Made by a program: the position numbers and the translations under genes. DNA of 64,000 nt from an uncultured Acidimicrobiales bacterium. GTDB taxonomy: Bacteria; Actinomycetota; Acidimicrobiia; Acidimicrobiales; VFJN01. The notes under the pieces were generated by a model. That model searched no databases. It worked only from the letters and a program-made list of their open reading frames with translations, and had not been told where the DNA came from. The stretch is taken from the NCBI GenBank assembly GCA_963759225.1, contig CAVWYL010000036.1:77786-141785 (forward strand). Direction: 5' to 3'. Positions 11,156 through 21,200 of the stretch are shown here, in pieces; position 1 is the first letter of the stretch; every line of letters begins with the position of its first letter.

Positions 11156-12437
11156 CGGCACCACGGCCGGCCTCGTCGACGACCCGGCGCACGATGGCCT
11201 CCACCGCCTGGCCGGACACGTCCCACGAGAGCGACCGCACGCTGGCGGCGGCGGCCACGGCATCGGCGTCGACCTCGGCCGGCGGCCGGGTGACGAGGCG
11301 GCCGAGCGCGTCGGCCAGGTCCTGGGCGGTCGGGGGCGTGTACGCGACGTGGTCGTTGTCGAGGACGATCCGGTTGTGGTCGGCGTCGTTGACGACCGGG
11401 GTGCAGCCCGCGGCCAGCATCTCGTGGGGCACGAGCGACACGTTCGTGGCCGACAGGACCAGGCCCGCGAGGCTGCGGTTGTAGAGCCGGCCCAGCTCGG
11501 CCGGGGTCATGACCCCGTGGTCGGTCGCGGGGAAGGGCATGCGCCCGACGGGGTCGCCGTAGAAGTGGATGTCGACGTCCGGGTGGCGGGACGAGAACAG
11601 CTCCAGCGCCAGCGCACCCAGGTCGAACGCCCGGCGGGGCGTGGTCGGCCGGGCGAAGAAGCACACGCCGGTGCGCCGGCCCGCGCCGCCGGAGGGGTCC
11701 TCCAGCCGGTAGTGGTCGAGGTCGCACCCGAAGTCGAAGTGGTCGGCGGGCATGCCGTACTCGGCGCGCAGCTTGCCGGAGAGCCACCGGCCGGCCGTGA
11801 TGCCGTGGAACCCGAACCCGTAGGTGGCCTCGGCCAGCAGCGCCTCGCCGCCGGCCGGGAAGAAGGAGGGCTCGAAGTCCTGGACGAAGTAGAAGCGCGC
11901 GCCCTTGGCCGGCGAGCCCGCGACCGCGTACGCGGTCGGCCATGCGGTGGCGATCACGGCGTGGGAGTCCTCGATGCCCGCCGCGGCGTCGCGCACCTCG
12001 GCCCGGACCCACGGCCACCACGAGCGCAGCACCCGCTCGTGGTCGTCGAGCGACCCGCCCCAGCGGTCGTAGAAGTAGAGGACGCACCGGTGCCCGGCCT
12101 GCTCGAGGGCGCCGACCATGCGCAGCATGGTGGTGTGGCCGCCGGACCCCTCGACGGGGGGCGTCATGACCCAGGCGACCGTCAGCGGCTCGCCCGGCAG
12201 GGCGGGCAGCGCGGCCGGGCGGGCGCCGGCCGCCTCGGCGGCCGCCACCACGTCCTCGCGGAGCACGTTGAGCATGTGGCTCGGCGGCGCCATCCGCTCG
12301 GACAGGCGGCGCAGCGCACGGGCGGCGACGCCGGAGGCGCCCTCGTGCTGCATCAGGCGGCGCGCCCGGCCCATCCTGCGGCCCACACTGCTCAGTGCGT
12401 CCATGCTCGACTCACTTCGCTCGCTTCGCTCGCTCAC
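11148..12437 (-). CDS. WsaF-like (rhamnosyltransferase-type) glycosyltransferase; intact
   Basis: ..PLTVAWVMTPPVEGSGGHTTMLRMV..CVLYFYD..ARFYFVQDFEPSFFPAGGE..GFHGITAGRWL..VCFFARPTTPRRAF. The YF.QDFEP motif is recalled from the WsaF family. The start is either GTG 12437 (it overlaps the flippase stop and reads VSERSERSESS) or ATG 12404 (MDALSS). Confidence 0.55.
   Translation of the reverse strand: MSERSERSESSMDALSSVGRRMGRARRLMQHEGASGVAARALRRLSERMAPPSHMLNVLREDVVAAAEAAGARPAALPALPGEPLTVAWVMTPPVEGSGGHTTMLRMVGALEQAGHRCVLYFYDRWGGSLDDHERVLRSWWPWVRAEVRDAAAGIEDSHAVIATAWPTAYAVAGSPAKGARFYFVQDFEPSFFPAGGEALLAEATYGFGFHGITAGRWLSGKLRAEYGMPADHFDFGCDLDHYRLEDPSGGAGRRTGVCFFARPTTPRRAFDLGALALELFSSRHPDVDIHFYGDPVGRMPFPATDHGVMTPAELGRLYNRSLAGLVLSATNVSLVPHEMLAAGCTPVVNDADHNRIVLDNDHVAYTPPTAQDLADALGRLVTRPPAEVDADAVAAAASVRSLSWDVSGQAVEAIVRRVVDEAGRGAGG
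12405..12437 (-). repeat. Junction repeat copy A: GTGAGCGAGCGAAGCGAGCGAAGTGAGTCGAGC
   Basis: The first 22 nt are identical to the copy at 47377. The TGA at 12436-12434 is the flippase stop. Confidence 0.8.
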
Positions 12438-13918
12438 GCCGCCACCTCCACGACCGGGGCCGGCGCCGCGACACGGAAGAGCTCGCCCCGCTGGTGCTGC
12501 CGCCACAACGGTAGGCCGACGACCAGGCCGTAGACCAGGGCCGACGCGAGCCCGCCGACGGCCAGCTGCGCGAAGTCCGTCGGGACCACGGCGAGGGCCG
12601 CCAGGGCGGTCAGCGCCATCAGGGCGCCGCCCAGCAGCGGCCGGGAGATCGGGCCGATGATCGACGCCGTCGTGACCCCGAGGCGGGACAGCGACCGCAT
12701 GAACGCCGGCATGACGACGACCAGCCAGCGCCAGCGACGTGACCCGCGGCCACCCCGGTGATGCCGCCGAGATGGGCCGCCACGATCAGCGTGGGGACGA
12801 GCGACACGAACCACAGCAGGTTGAGCCGCAGCGCCTCGTTGGACTTCCCCGCCGACACCAGGAAGTCGTAGGCGAGCTCGAGGGCCACCCGTGACGCGCC
12901 CAGCACCGCCAGGAACGCCAGCGGCCCGGCGGCGTCGGACCAGCGGGAGCCGTACACGAACCGCACGAGCGGGCCGCCCAGCACGCCGAGCAGCACGCAG
13001 GCGGGCACCACGGGCACGAACAGCATGCCGAGCGCCTGGCCGAAGCTCGCCCGGTAGCGCGGCGGTGTCGGCGCGCAGCTCGGAGAACGCCGGGAGGCTG
13101 ACGGCCCGCACGGTGGCGGAGAACGCCCCCACCGGCCAGCCCGACAGGTTGAAGGCGAGCACGTAGATGCCGAGCGCCGTCGGCCCGAGGACGTTGCCGA
13201 TCACGGCGTAGTCGACGTTCATCACCGCGAAGACCACGATGCTGGCGCCGGCCAGCGGCAGCCCGAACAGCAGGAGCCGGCGGGCCAGCGCCGCGTCCCA
13301 CGCCGGCCGGTAGCGCTTGGGAGCCAGCGCGAACGTGAAGGCGAACAGCACGATGTTGCCGATCACCCGCGACCAGGCGAGGCTCCAGGCCCCGAACCCG
13401 GCCGACGCCATGGCGATGGCCACCGCGGTCGTCACCGCGAACGACACCGTGTCGGCGATCAGCTTGCGGTCCTGGAGGAACTCGCGCTGGATGCAGGCCG
13501 ACGGCGTGGCCGAGAGGCCGGCGATGACGAGCGACAGGGCGAGGACCCGGATGGGGCCGGTGGCGGCCGGGGCCCCGAGGGCCTGCGCCAGCCACGGCGC
13601 CAGCAGCGCCATCAGCGCACCCAGGCCGACGCCCGAGGCCACGGAGAGGGTGGTGACGACCGGTGCGATGCGGTCGACCTCCTCGCGGTCCTTGGCCTGG
13701 ACGATGGCGACGCTCACCCCCAGCTCGCTGACGCTGATCACGACCGACAGCACCACGAGCGCGGCGGCGAACACACCGAACTCGGACGGTGCGATCAGCC
13801 GGGCCAGGACGATCCCGACGAAGAGCTGGCCGACCCGACCGATGATCGTGTTGACCGTGCTCCAGGCCAGGCCGCGGCCGACCTTGGCGCCCAGCGTGCG
13901 CTCGCGGCGCTCGCTCAC
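12434..13918 (-). CDS. Wzx-type oligosaccharide flippase (MOP/polysaccharide biosynthesis protein family); about three frame breaks
   Basis: GTG 13918 opens VSERRERTLGAKVGRGLAWSTVNTIIGRVGQLFVGIVLARLIAPSEFGVFAAAL, followed by 12-14 TM helices. The sequence continues in ORF 12619..13026 (LFVPVVPACVLLGVLGGPLVRFVYGSRW..) and returns to the first frame (..WLVVVMPAFMRSLSRLGV..). The breaks lie near 13050 and 12730. Confidence 0.7.
   Translation of the reverse strand: MSERRERTLGAKVGRGLAWSTVNTIIGRVGQLFVGIVLARLIAPSEFGVFAAALVVLSVVISVSELGVSVAIVQAKDREEVDRIAPVVTTLSVASGVGLGALMALLAPWLAQALGAPAATGPIRVLALSLVIAGLSATPSACIQREFLQDRKLIADTVSFAVTTAVAIAMASAGFGAWSLAWSRVIGNIVLFAFTFALAPKRYRPAWDAALARRLLLFGLPLAGASIVVFAVMNVDYAVIGNVLGPTALGIYVLAFNLSGWPVGAFSATVRAVSLPAFSELRADTAALPGELRPGARHAVRARGARLRAARRAGRPARAVRVRLPLVRRRRAAGVPGGAGRVTGGPRARLRLPGVGGEVQRGAAAQPAVVRVARPHADRGGPSRRHHRGGRGSRRWRWLVVVMPAFMRSLSRLGVTTASIIGPISRPLLGGALMALTALAALAVVPTDFAQLAVGGLASALVYGLVVGLPLWRQHQRGELFRVAAPAPVVEVAA
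13895..13918 (-). repeat. Junction repeat, weaker copy E: GTGAGCGAGCGCCGCGAGCGCACG (it forms the flippase start)
   Basis: It matches the consensus at 11 of the first 11 nt and again at GCGAGCG. Here it is clearly coding (VSERRERT). Confidence 0.5.
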
Positions 13919-13926
13919 CGGTGCCG

Positions 13927-14972
13927 TCACTGGCCGGTCATCTTCCACCGCAGCGTGCCCAGCTCCGAGCGGACCTTGTGGGTCGCCCCGGCGACCAGCA
14001 GCGGCGGGAGCCACACCGACCGGCGACCGAGGCGGCGCCGCACGGCGAGGCCGTGCCACTCGCGCAGGCGCCGGACCGTGGGGCACACCTCCGGGCGAAG
14101 GCCACGAGCGCGTCGACGTCGACCTCGCCCTCGCGCCCCTTGTCGAGGGCCCGGCTGGCCTGCCACAGGGCCTGGCGGGCGAACGCCCGGCCGACCTGCG
14201 CCTCGTAGCGGGCCACCCCCGGCACGGCCTCCCCGCACTCGGCGAAGAAGGCGTCGAAGGCGGCCTTGCGGTGGCGCAGGTCGACCATGGGGTCGGCGTA
14301 GGTGGAGCGCAGCATGCTGCGGGGGTGCACCCGGTAGATGGCCTGGGGCACGCCCCGGATGTAGGCGATGTCGGACACGGCGGCGATGCGCAGCCACATC
14401 TCGAGGTCGCCCGAGTGGGGCAGCGACGGCTTGTAGCCGCCGACGGCGCGGTGGACCGAGCCGCGCACGACCACCTCGGGCGAGGAGATCACGTTGTAGC
14501 CCGTCTTCGACCGCTGGGAGATCCAGCGCAGGCCGGGCCACACGGTCGTGCCCCGCCACCGGCCCGCAGGGGTGGGCAGCGGGCGGTCCGAGGGGGCGTA
14601 GAGGGCGCGGCCGTAGACCATGCCGACGCGGGGGTTGCGGTCCATGACGCCGGTGGCCCGGGCCAGGGAGCCGGGGGTCATCATGTCGTCGGCCGAGATG
14701 AGCACGACGTAGTCGCCGCCGGCCCACTCCAGGCCCTCGTTGTAGGTGGCGATGTGGCCCTGGTTGACCTCGTGCCGCCGCACCTCGACCCGGGGGTCGG
14801 ACGCCGCCAGGGCGGCGGCGACGGCGGGGGTGTCGTCGGACGAGCAGTCGTCGATGACCAGCACCGAGACGTCGACGTCCGGCTGGTCGAGGATGCTGCC
14901 CAGGCAGCGGGGCAGGAACTCGGCGTAGTTGTAGCAGGGGACGATCACGCTGACCGTCGGCCGCCGGGTCAT
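13927..14972 (-). CDS. Glycosyltransferase family 2; frame break near 14100
   Basis: MTRRPTVSVIVPCYNYAEFLPRCLGSILDQPDVDVSVLVIDDCSSDDT..VLISADDMM. The C-terminal 55 aa lie in the frame of ORF 13927..14727 (..PTVRRLREWHGLAVRR..RWKMTGQ*). ATG 14972 shares one base with the upstream TGA. Confidence 0.75.
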
Positions 14973-16117
14973 CAGCCCCGCCCCTCGGCCGCGGCCGCCA
15001 GCACGTCGACGACGTGGTCCTGGTCGGCCTCGGTCAGGTCGTGGAACAGCGGCAGGATCAGCGAGTCGCGGGTCAGCCGCTCGGTGACCGGCAGCGGCGC
15101 CACCGGCACGCCGGCGTAGGCCGGCTCCAGGTGGGAGGCCATGATCCCGCGCCGGGCGCGACACGCCGGCGGCCGCCAGGCGGGCCAGCAGGTCGTCGCG
15201 GCCCACGGGGAACCCGTCGGGCAGCAGCACCCAGAACGACTGGAAGTTGGTGGTCCCGCCCTCGGGGTCGGCGGCGGTGACCGCGCCGGCCAGGCCCTCG
15301 ACGCCGGCCAGCAGCCGCTGGTAGCGCAGGCCCAGCTCGCGGCGCCGGGCCACGATGGCGTCGAGCTTGGCCAGCTGGACGAGGCCCACGGCCGCCTGGA
15401 TGTCGGTCATGCGGAAGTTGAACCCGGTCTCCAGGTACTGCTCCAGCACGGGGCCCCGGGCCGCGGTGGCGCTCGGCGGCGCTGACGCTCATGCCGTGCT
15501 CGCGCAGCCGGCGGCCGACGGCGGCGGTGCCGGGGTCGTCGGTGACCACCATGCCGCCCTCGCCGGTGGTGATGACCTTGCGGGGGTGGAACGAGAACGC
15601 GGCCAGCTCGGCCCGCGCCCCGACCGGCTGCCCGGCCCAGGTCGAGCCGATGGCGCACGCCGCGTCCTGCACGACGGCGATGCCGAGCGGGTCGCACAGC
15701 GCCCGCACGGCGTCGATGTCGGCGGGCACGCCCGCCTGGTCGACCAGGATCACGGCCCGGGTGCGGGCGGTGAGCGCCGCCTGCGACGGTGGCCGGGGTG
15801 AGGTTCTGGGTGGCGAGGTCGACGTCGGCGAACACCGGCGTCGCCCCCACGTAGCGGGCGGCGTTGGCGGTGGCGATGAACGACAGCGACGGCACGATGA
15901 CCTCGTCGCCCGGGCCGACGCCCGCCAGCACCAGCGCCAGGTGCAGGCCGGTGGTGCACGACGACACGGCCACGGCGTCGGCCGCGCCGACCCGGGCGGC
16001 GAAGGCGGCCTCGAACTCGACCACCCGGGGGCCCTGGGCCACCCAGCCGGACAGCACGGCGGCGGCGGCCGCGTCGGCCTCCTCCTGGCCGAGCCAGGGC
16101 CGCATCACCGGGATCAT
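14972..16117 (-). CDS. DegT/DnrJ/EryC1/StrS-family PLP sugar aminotransferase (second copy); three frame breaks
   Basis: MIPVMRPWLGQEEADAAAAAVLSGWVAQGPRVVEFE..VSSCTTGLHLALV..VIVPSLSFIATANA continues as ..ILVDQAGVPADIDAV..VVQDAACAIGS..FSFHPRKVITTGEGGMVVT, then ..FNFRMTDIQAAVGLVQL, then ..RGIMASHLEPAY..LPLFHDLT. The breaks lie near 15760, 15460 and 15150. ATG 16117 overlaps the upstream stop (ATGA). Confidence 0.75.
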
Positions 16118-17100
16118 CGGACGTGCGGCGCGTCTCGACCGCGGTCACCCGTCCGTCCTCGTCGCCGCTCGTTCTGCCACCAGTCGACGAGCCGGCGCAG
16201 GCCCTCGTCCAGGTCGACCTCGGCCACGAAGCCGAGCTTGCTCGCGGGCGGCGGCGGTGTCGGCCAGGCGCCGGGACACGGGGTTGACCTTGCGCTCGGG
16301 GCCGTACTCGGGCTCGAGGTCCGAGCCCATGACCCGCAGCAGCGCGTCGGCCAGGCCCCGCAGGCTGGTCTCGACGCCCGAGGCCACGTTGAACACCTCG
16401 TCGGTGACCGGCGCCACCGCGGCGGCGATGTTGGCCCGGGCCACGTCGTCGACGTACACGAAGTCCATGGTCTGCAGCCCGTCGCCCAGGATGAGCGGCG
16501 GCTGGCCGGCGGCGATGCGCTCCATCCACCGCACCAGCACCTCGGTGTAGACGCCGAAGATGTCCATGCGGGGGCCGTAGACGTTGAAGTAGCGCAGGGC
16601 CACGTAGTCGAGGTCCGTACATGTCGTTGAAGCTGCGCAGCAGGCCCTCGTTGAACGCCTTGGCCGCCCCGTACAGGGTGCGGTTGGCGTAGGGGTGCTG
16701 GGACTCGGTGGTCGGGAACTGCGTCGGCCAGGCCGTACACGGAGGCCGAGGACGCCACGACCGCCTTGCGCACGCCGGCGTCGACCGCCGCCTCGACGAC
16801 GTTGAAGGTGCCGTCGACCAGCACCTCGAGCGCCAGGCGGGGCTCCTCCGCGCACTGGGTGATGCGGATGGCGGCCTGGTGGAACAGGACGTCCACGCCG
16901 CTCATGACCTTGGCCACGGTCTCGCGGTCGCGGATGTCGCCCTCGACGATCTCGACCTTGCCGGTCGCGATCGCCGAGGCCAGGTTGGCGCGGCGGCCGC
17001 GGACGAAGTTGTCGAGCACGACGATGTCGACGTCGGCGGTGCGGGCCAGACGGTCGGCGATGGTGGAGCCGATCATGCCGGCGCCGCCGGTGATCAGCAC
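16114..17100 (-). CDS. NAD-dependent sugar-nucleotide epimerase/dehydratase (extended SDR); three frame breaks
   Basis: VLITGGAGMIGSTIADRL..VVLDNF..GDIRD..LFHQAAI..VVASSASVYG continues as ..YGAAKAFNEGLLRSF, then ..YVALRYFNVYGPRMD..DFVYVDDVARA, then ..LDEGLRRLVDWW. The Gly-rich NAD motif and the YxxxK motif are both present. The breaks lie near 16730, 16615 and 16260. An alternative GTG at 17150 has an AGGAGG 4 nt upstream but is out of frame. Confidence 0.75.
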   Translation of the reverse strand: MLITGGAGMIGSTIADRLARTADVDIVVLDNFVRGRRANLASAIATGKVEIVEGDIRDRETVAKVMSGVDVLFHQAAIRITQCAEEPRLALEVLVDGTFNVVEAAVDAGVRKAVVASSASVYGLADAVPDHRVPAPLRQPHPVRGGQGVQRGPAAQLQRHVRTSTTWPCATSTSTAPAWTSSASTPRCWCGGWSASPPASRRSSWATGCRPWTSCTSTTWPGPTSPPRWRRSPTRCSTWPRASRPACGAWPTRCCGSWARTSSPSTAPSARSTPCPGAWPTPPPPASKLGFVAEVDLDEGLRRLVDWWQNERRRGRTGDRGRDAPHVR

Positions 17101-17206
17101 GCGCGCGCCGTCCAGCGTGGACGGAGCGAAGCTGGGGAGAGTTCGGTCACGGGGCCTCCTCGGCCGAGTCGCGGTTCAGGTCGGGAGCGGGATATGTCTG
17201 TGACGA

Positions 17207-18271
17207 TCAGCCGGGCAGGGCGACGAGCGCACCACCCTGGTCGAGGCTGCGGCCCACGGCGTCGAGCACCTGGAGCACCCACAGCCCGGACTCGCCGCTG
17301 GTGGCGGCGGGCCGGCCCTCACGCACGGCCGAGATCATCTCGCGGATGACGCCGCCCAGCGCCTCCGCCTCCGGCAGCGCGGGAGCCACCATGTCGCCGA
17401 TGCGGTACGAGATCAGCGTGTCGCGGCGGGCCTCGACGTTCATCGCGCCCGTCAGCTCGACGCCCCGGTCGTGCACCGTGAGGCGCTGGGCCGGGTTCAT
17501 GTCGTCCCACACCAGCATCCGGCGGGACCCGCCGACGTGCATGGTGCGCACCTTGGTCGGGCTCAGCCAGTTGACGTTGACGTGCGCCATGCCGCCGTTG
17601 GCCAGCGGCATGGTCAGGTAGCCGACGCAGGACCGCTCGGCGCCGATGGGGTCGGCGCCGTGCGCCGCCACCGCCACGGGGCGGGCGTCGGCCGGCAGCA
17701 CGAAGTCGAGGATCGACAGGTCGTGGGGCGCCAGGTCCCAGAACACGTCGACGTCCTGCTGCACCAGCCCGAGGTTGATGCGGATGGAGTCGACGTACTG
17801 GATGTCGCCCACGTCGCCGGCGGCGACCATGTCACGGATGTGCCGCACCGTCGGCGTGTAGCAGTAGGTGTGGTCGCACATCAGCACGAGGCCGGCGTCG
17901 GCCGCCACCTCGACCAGCTTGCGCCCGTCGTCGACGGAGGTGGCCAGCGGCTTCTCCACGATGACGTGCTTGCCGGCCTCGAGGCAGGCCAGCGCGACCG
18001 GCACGTGGGTGTGGGCCGGCGTGGCGACGGCCACGACCTGGACGGTGGGGTCGTCGAGCACGGTGTCGAGCGAGTCGGTGACCTGCACCGCGCTCTGGCG
18101 CCCGACGGCCTTGCGGGCCCGGCCGACGTCGAGGTCGCACACCCAGCGCAGGTCCGCGTCGTCGGTCTTCAGGATGTTGCGGATGAGGTTGGGGCCCCAG
18201 TAGCCCGCACCCACCACGGCGAAGCCGAGGGGGGCGGGGTCGGTGGGGAGGTCGGGTGAGGGGGAGCTCAC
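17207..18271 (-). CDS. Gfo/Idh/MocA-family NAD(P) oxidoreductase (WbpB-like sugar-nucleotide 3-dehydrogenase candidate); intact
   Basis: VSSPSPDLPTDPAPLGFAVVGAGYWGPNLIRNI..VVAVATPAHTHVPVALACLEAGKHVIVEKPLA..MCDHTYCYTP. GTG 18271 overlaps the stop of the DUF4082 gene (GTGA). Confidence 0.75.
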   Translation of the reverse strand: MSSPSPDLPTDPAPLGFAVVGAGYWGPNLIRNILKTDDADLRWVCDLDVGRARKAVGRQSAVQVTDSLDTVLDDPTVQVVAVATPAHTHVPVALACLEAGKHVIVEKPLATSVDDGRKLVEVAADAGLVLMCDHTYCYTPTVRHIRDMVAAGDVGDIQYVDSIRINLGLVQQDVDVFWDLAPHDLSILDFVLPADARPVAVAAHGADPIGAERSCVGYLTMPLANGGMAHVNVNWLSPTKVRTMHVGGSRRMLVWDDMNPAQRLTVHDRGVELTGAMNVEARRDTLISYRIGDMVAPALPEAEALGGVIREMISAVREGRPAATSGESGLWVLQVLDAVGRSLDQGGALVALPG

Positions 18272-21200
18272 GAACCCTCCTGGAAGGCGATGTCGACCCA
18301 GTAGTTGCCGGCGTTGAAGGTGCCGGTCGGGAAGCCGCCGCCGCTGCCGTAGCGGTAGACGCCGTTCCCGCCGTCGACCCCGTTGGCGAGCGCGTGGATC
18401 ACGCCGTTGTCCACGCCCTGGGTCGAGAAGTAGCCGCCGTTGACCGCGTAGCGGCCCTGCGGGGCGTAGTAGGACACCACGTAGGTGGTGCCCGGGGCCA
18501 CGGCGACCGGGTTGGTGAAGTTGGCCTGCTGCCACCCGGTGCCCGACTCGTTGGTGAAGGTCACCTGGCCGAGCAGGGCGCCGTCGGACCGCCACACGCT
18601 GCCGACGTGGGAGCCGCCGTTGCCGGCGCCCTTGTAGAACCGGACGCCGACGACCAGCCCGGCCGCGTCGACCCGGAACTTGGTGCCGACCTCGATGGCC
18701 GCGCCGTCGTTGGCCGCCGTCACCGCCGGGACCGTGGTGGGGGTCCAGAAGCTGAGCACGCCCGCCGGCCACGGTGGCGAACGACCAGGCGTGCGCCGCC
18801 GCCATGGCGTTGCCCGCCGCGTCGCGGGCGCCGTTGACCCGGGCGGTGAAGGTGTGGGCCGTGGCCAGGGCCGCCGAGGGCGTGAACGTGGCCGTGCGGG
18901 TGTTGGCGTCGTAGGCCCACGACCCGCCCACGTTGGCGCCGGCGGTGTCGTCCCGCAGCGTGAAGGTCAGGTTGGCCGTGTCGACCGACTCGCCGAAGGT
19001 GGCGATGACCGGGGTGTCGGTGGCCACGCCGGTGGCGTTGGCCGCCGGGGTGGTGGCGATGACGGTCGGGCCGGTGGTGTCGACGAACACGACGTCCACG
19101 CCATACCAGGACGAGTTGTAGCTGCCGGTCGGGAACCCGCTGGTGGCGCCGTAGCGGAACACGCCGTTGCCGCCGTCGACGCCGTTGCGCAGGGCCTCCA
19201 GCGGGGCGCGGACCACGCCGGCGGCCGCGAACTTGTTGGCCTCCACCGAGTAGCGCCCGACCGGGGCGTGGTACGAGACCACGTACGTCTGGCCGGCGGT
19301 CACCGGGATGGGCGAGGCGAAGTTGGCCTGCTGCCAGCCGCTCGCCGTCTCGGTCGTGAAGGCGACCTGGCCGAGCGGGGTGCCGTCGGACCGCCACAGG
19401 TTGCCCACGTGGGCGCCGGTGTTGCCCGGGCCCTTGTAGAACCGGACGCCGCCCACGTGGCCGTGGCTGGCGGCCCGGAACTTGAGGCCGACCTCGATGC
19501 CGCCGCTGTCGTTGGCCGCCGGGGTGGCGGGCACGACCGAGCTGTCCCAGATGGTGGCGGGCACCCCGCCCGGCGCGGTGACCGTGGTGAACTGCCAGAC
19601 CACCGGGGCCGGCATGGCGTTGCCCTTGGTGTCGGACGCCGACACGGACGCCGTGTACACGGTGGCCTGGGCCAGCGCCCCCGACGGCGTGAACGTGGCC
19701 GTCTTCGTGGCCGCGCTGTAGCTGACCGCGCCGGCGACCGCGCCGCCGGGGCCGGTGAGCGTGAAGGCGAGCGACGCCGTGGCGATCGCTTCGTCGAAGG
19801 TGGCGGTCACCACGCTGTTGGTGGTGACGCTCACCAGCCCGATGCCCGGCGAGCGGTCGAGGACGACCGGACCGGTGGTGTCGGGCGGGATGACGAACAC
19901 GACGTCCACCGCGTAGTTGGTGTCGTTGTAGCTCGACGTGGGGACGCCGGAGGCGCCGTAGCGGAACACGCCGTTGCCGCCGATGGTGTTGCCCCGGGGG
20001 ATCCTGATCGCCCCGCGGCCCTTGTCGGCCGCCCCGAACTCGTTGGGGGTGGCCGAGTAGCCGCCGGCCGGCGCGTAGTACGACGCGATGTAGCTCTGGC
20101 CCGCGGTCACGGGCACCGGCGTCGGGAAGTTGGCCTGCTGCCAGCCGGTCTCGCTCTCGTCGACGAAGGTGGCCGTCGAGAGCAGGGTGCCGTCGAGCTT
20201 CCACAGGTGGCCGACGTGGCCGCCGCTGTTGGACGGGCCCTTGTAGAAGCGCACGCCCTTGATGAGGCCGCTGAGGTTCGGGATGAACTTCACGCCCAGC
20301 TCGACGGCCAGCGTGTCGGTGACCGAGGGCGTGGCCGGGGTGACCGACGTGTCCCACACGGTGAGGGGGTACGAGTCGTTCGTGCCGGTGGTGGTGAACG
20401 TCCACTCGACCGGGGCCGCCATCGGCGTGCCGGCGCGGTCGCGGGCGGTCACGACGCGGGCCGTGTAGGTGGTCACCGTGTCCAGCGGAGCCTCGGGCGT
20501 GAAGGTCGCCCGGCGGGTGGCGGTGTCGTAGGCCACGGCGCCGGGGACCGAGACGCCGCCCGGCCCGATGCAGGTCGATGTCGATCGAGCTGCCGGTCAT
20601 CGCCTCGCTGAAGCGGACGCTGATCGTGGGGTCGAGGCGCACGCCGTCGAGCCCGGGGGCCGGGTTGCGGTCGACGACGGTCGGGGCCCGGTGGTCGTCG
20701 ATGTCGAAGACCACGTCGACCCAGTAGTTGGTGGCGTTGAACGACGAGTCGGGGAAGCCGGTCGAGCCGTAGCGGAACACGCCGTTGGGGCCGTCCTCGG
20801 CCACCGACAGGGCCCGCAGCGGCCACACGTCGTAGGCGCTGTTGAAGTAGCCGACGTCGCCGGCGTAGTGCCCGTTGGGCGCGTAGTACGAGACGATGTA
20901 GGTCGTGTTCTTGGACACGGCGACCGGGTTCGGGAACAGCGCCTGCTGCCAGCCGGACGCGGTCTCGCCGGTGAAGGTGACCGTGGCGAGCGGGGCGCCG
21001 CCGAAGGCGCTCCACAGGTGGCCGACGTGGGTGCCGGTGTTGCCCGCGCCCTTGTAGAAGCGCACGCCGGTGACGAAGCCGTCCTCGACGGTGCGGAACT
21101 TGACGCCCAGCTCCAGCGGCCCGTTGTCGGCGATGGAGGGGCGGATCGGGGTGATCGAGGAGTGCCAGATCGACGCCGGGAAGGCGCGGGGGCCACCGGT

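Noticed and set aside
17101-17150. GTG 17150 with a strong AGGAGG 4 nt upstream as the epimerase start.
   Set aside because: It is out of frame with the Rossmann motif. GTG 17100 (VLITGGAGMIGS) gives a normal SDR N-terminus without invoking another frameshift. I keep 17150 only as an alternative.
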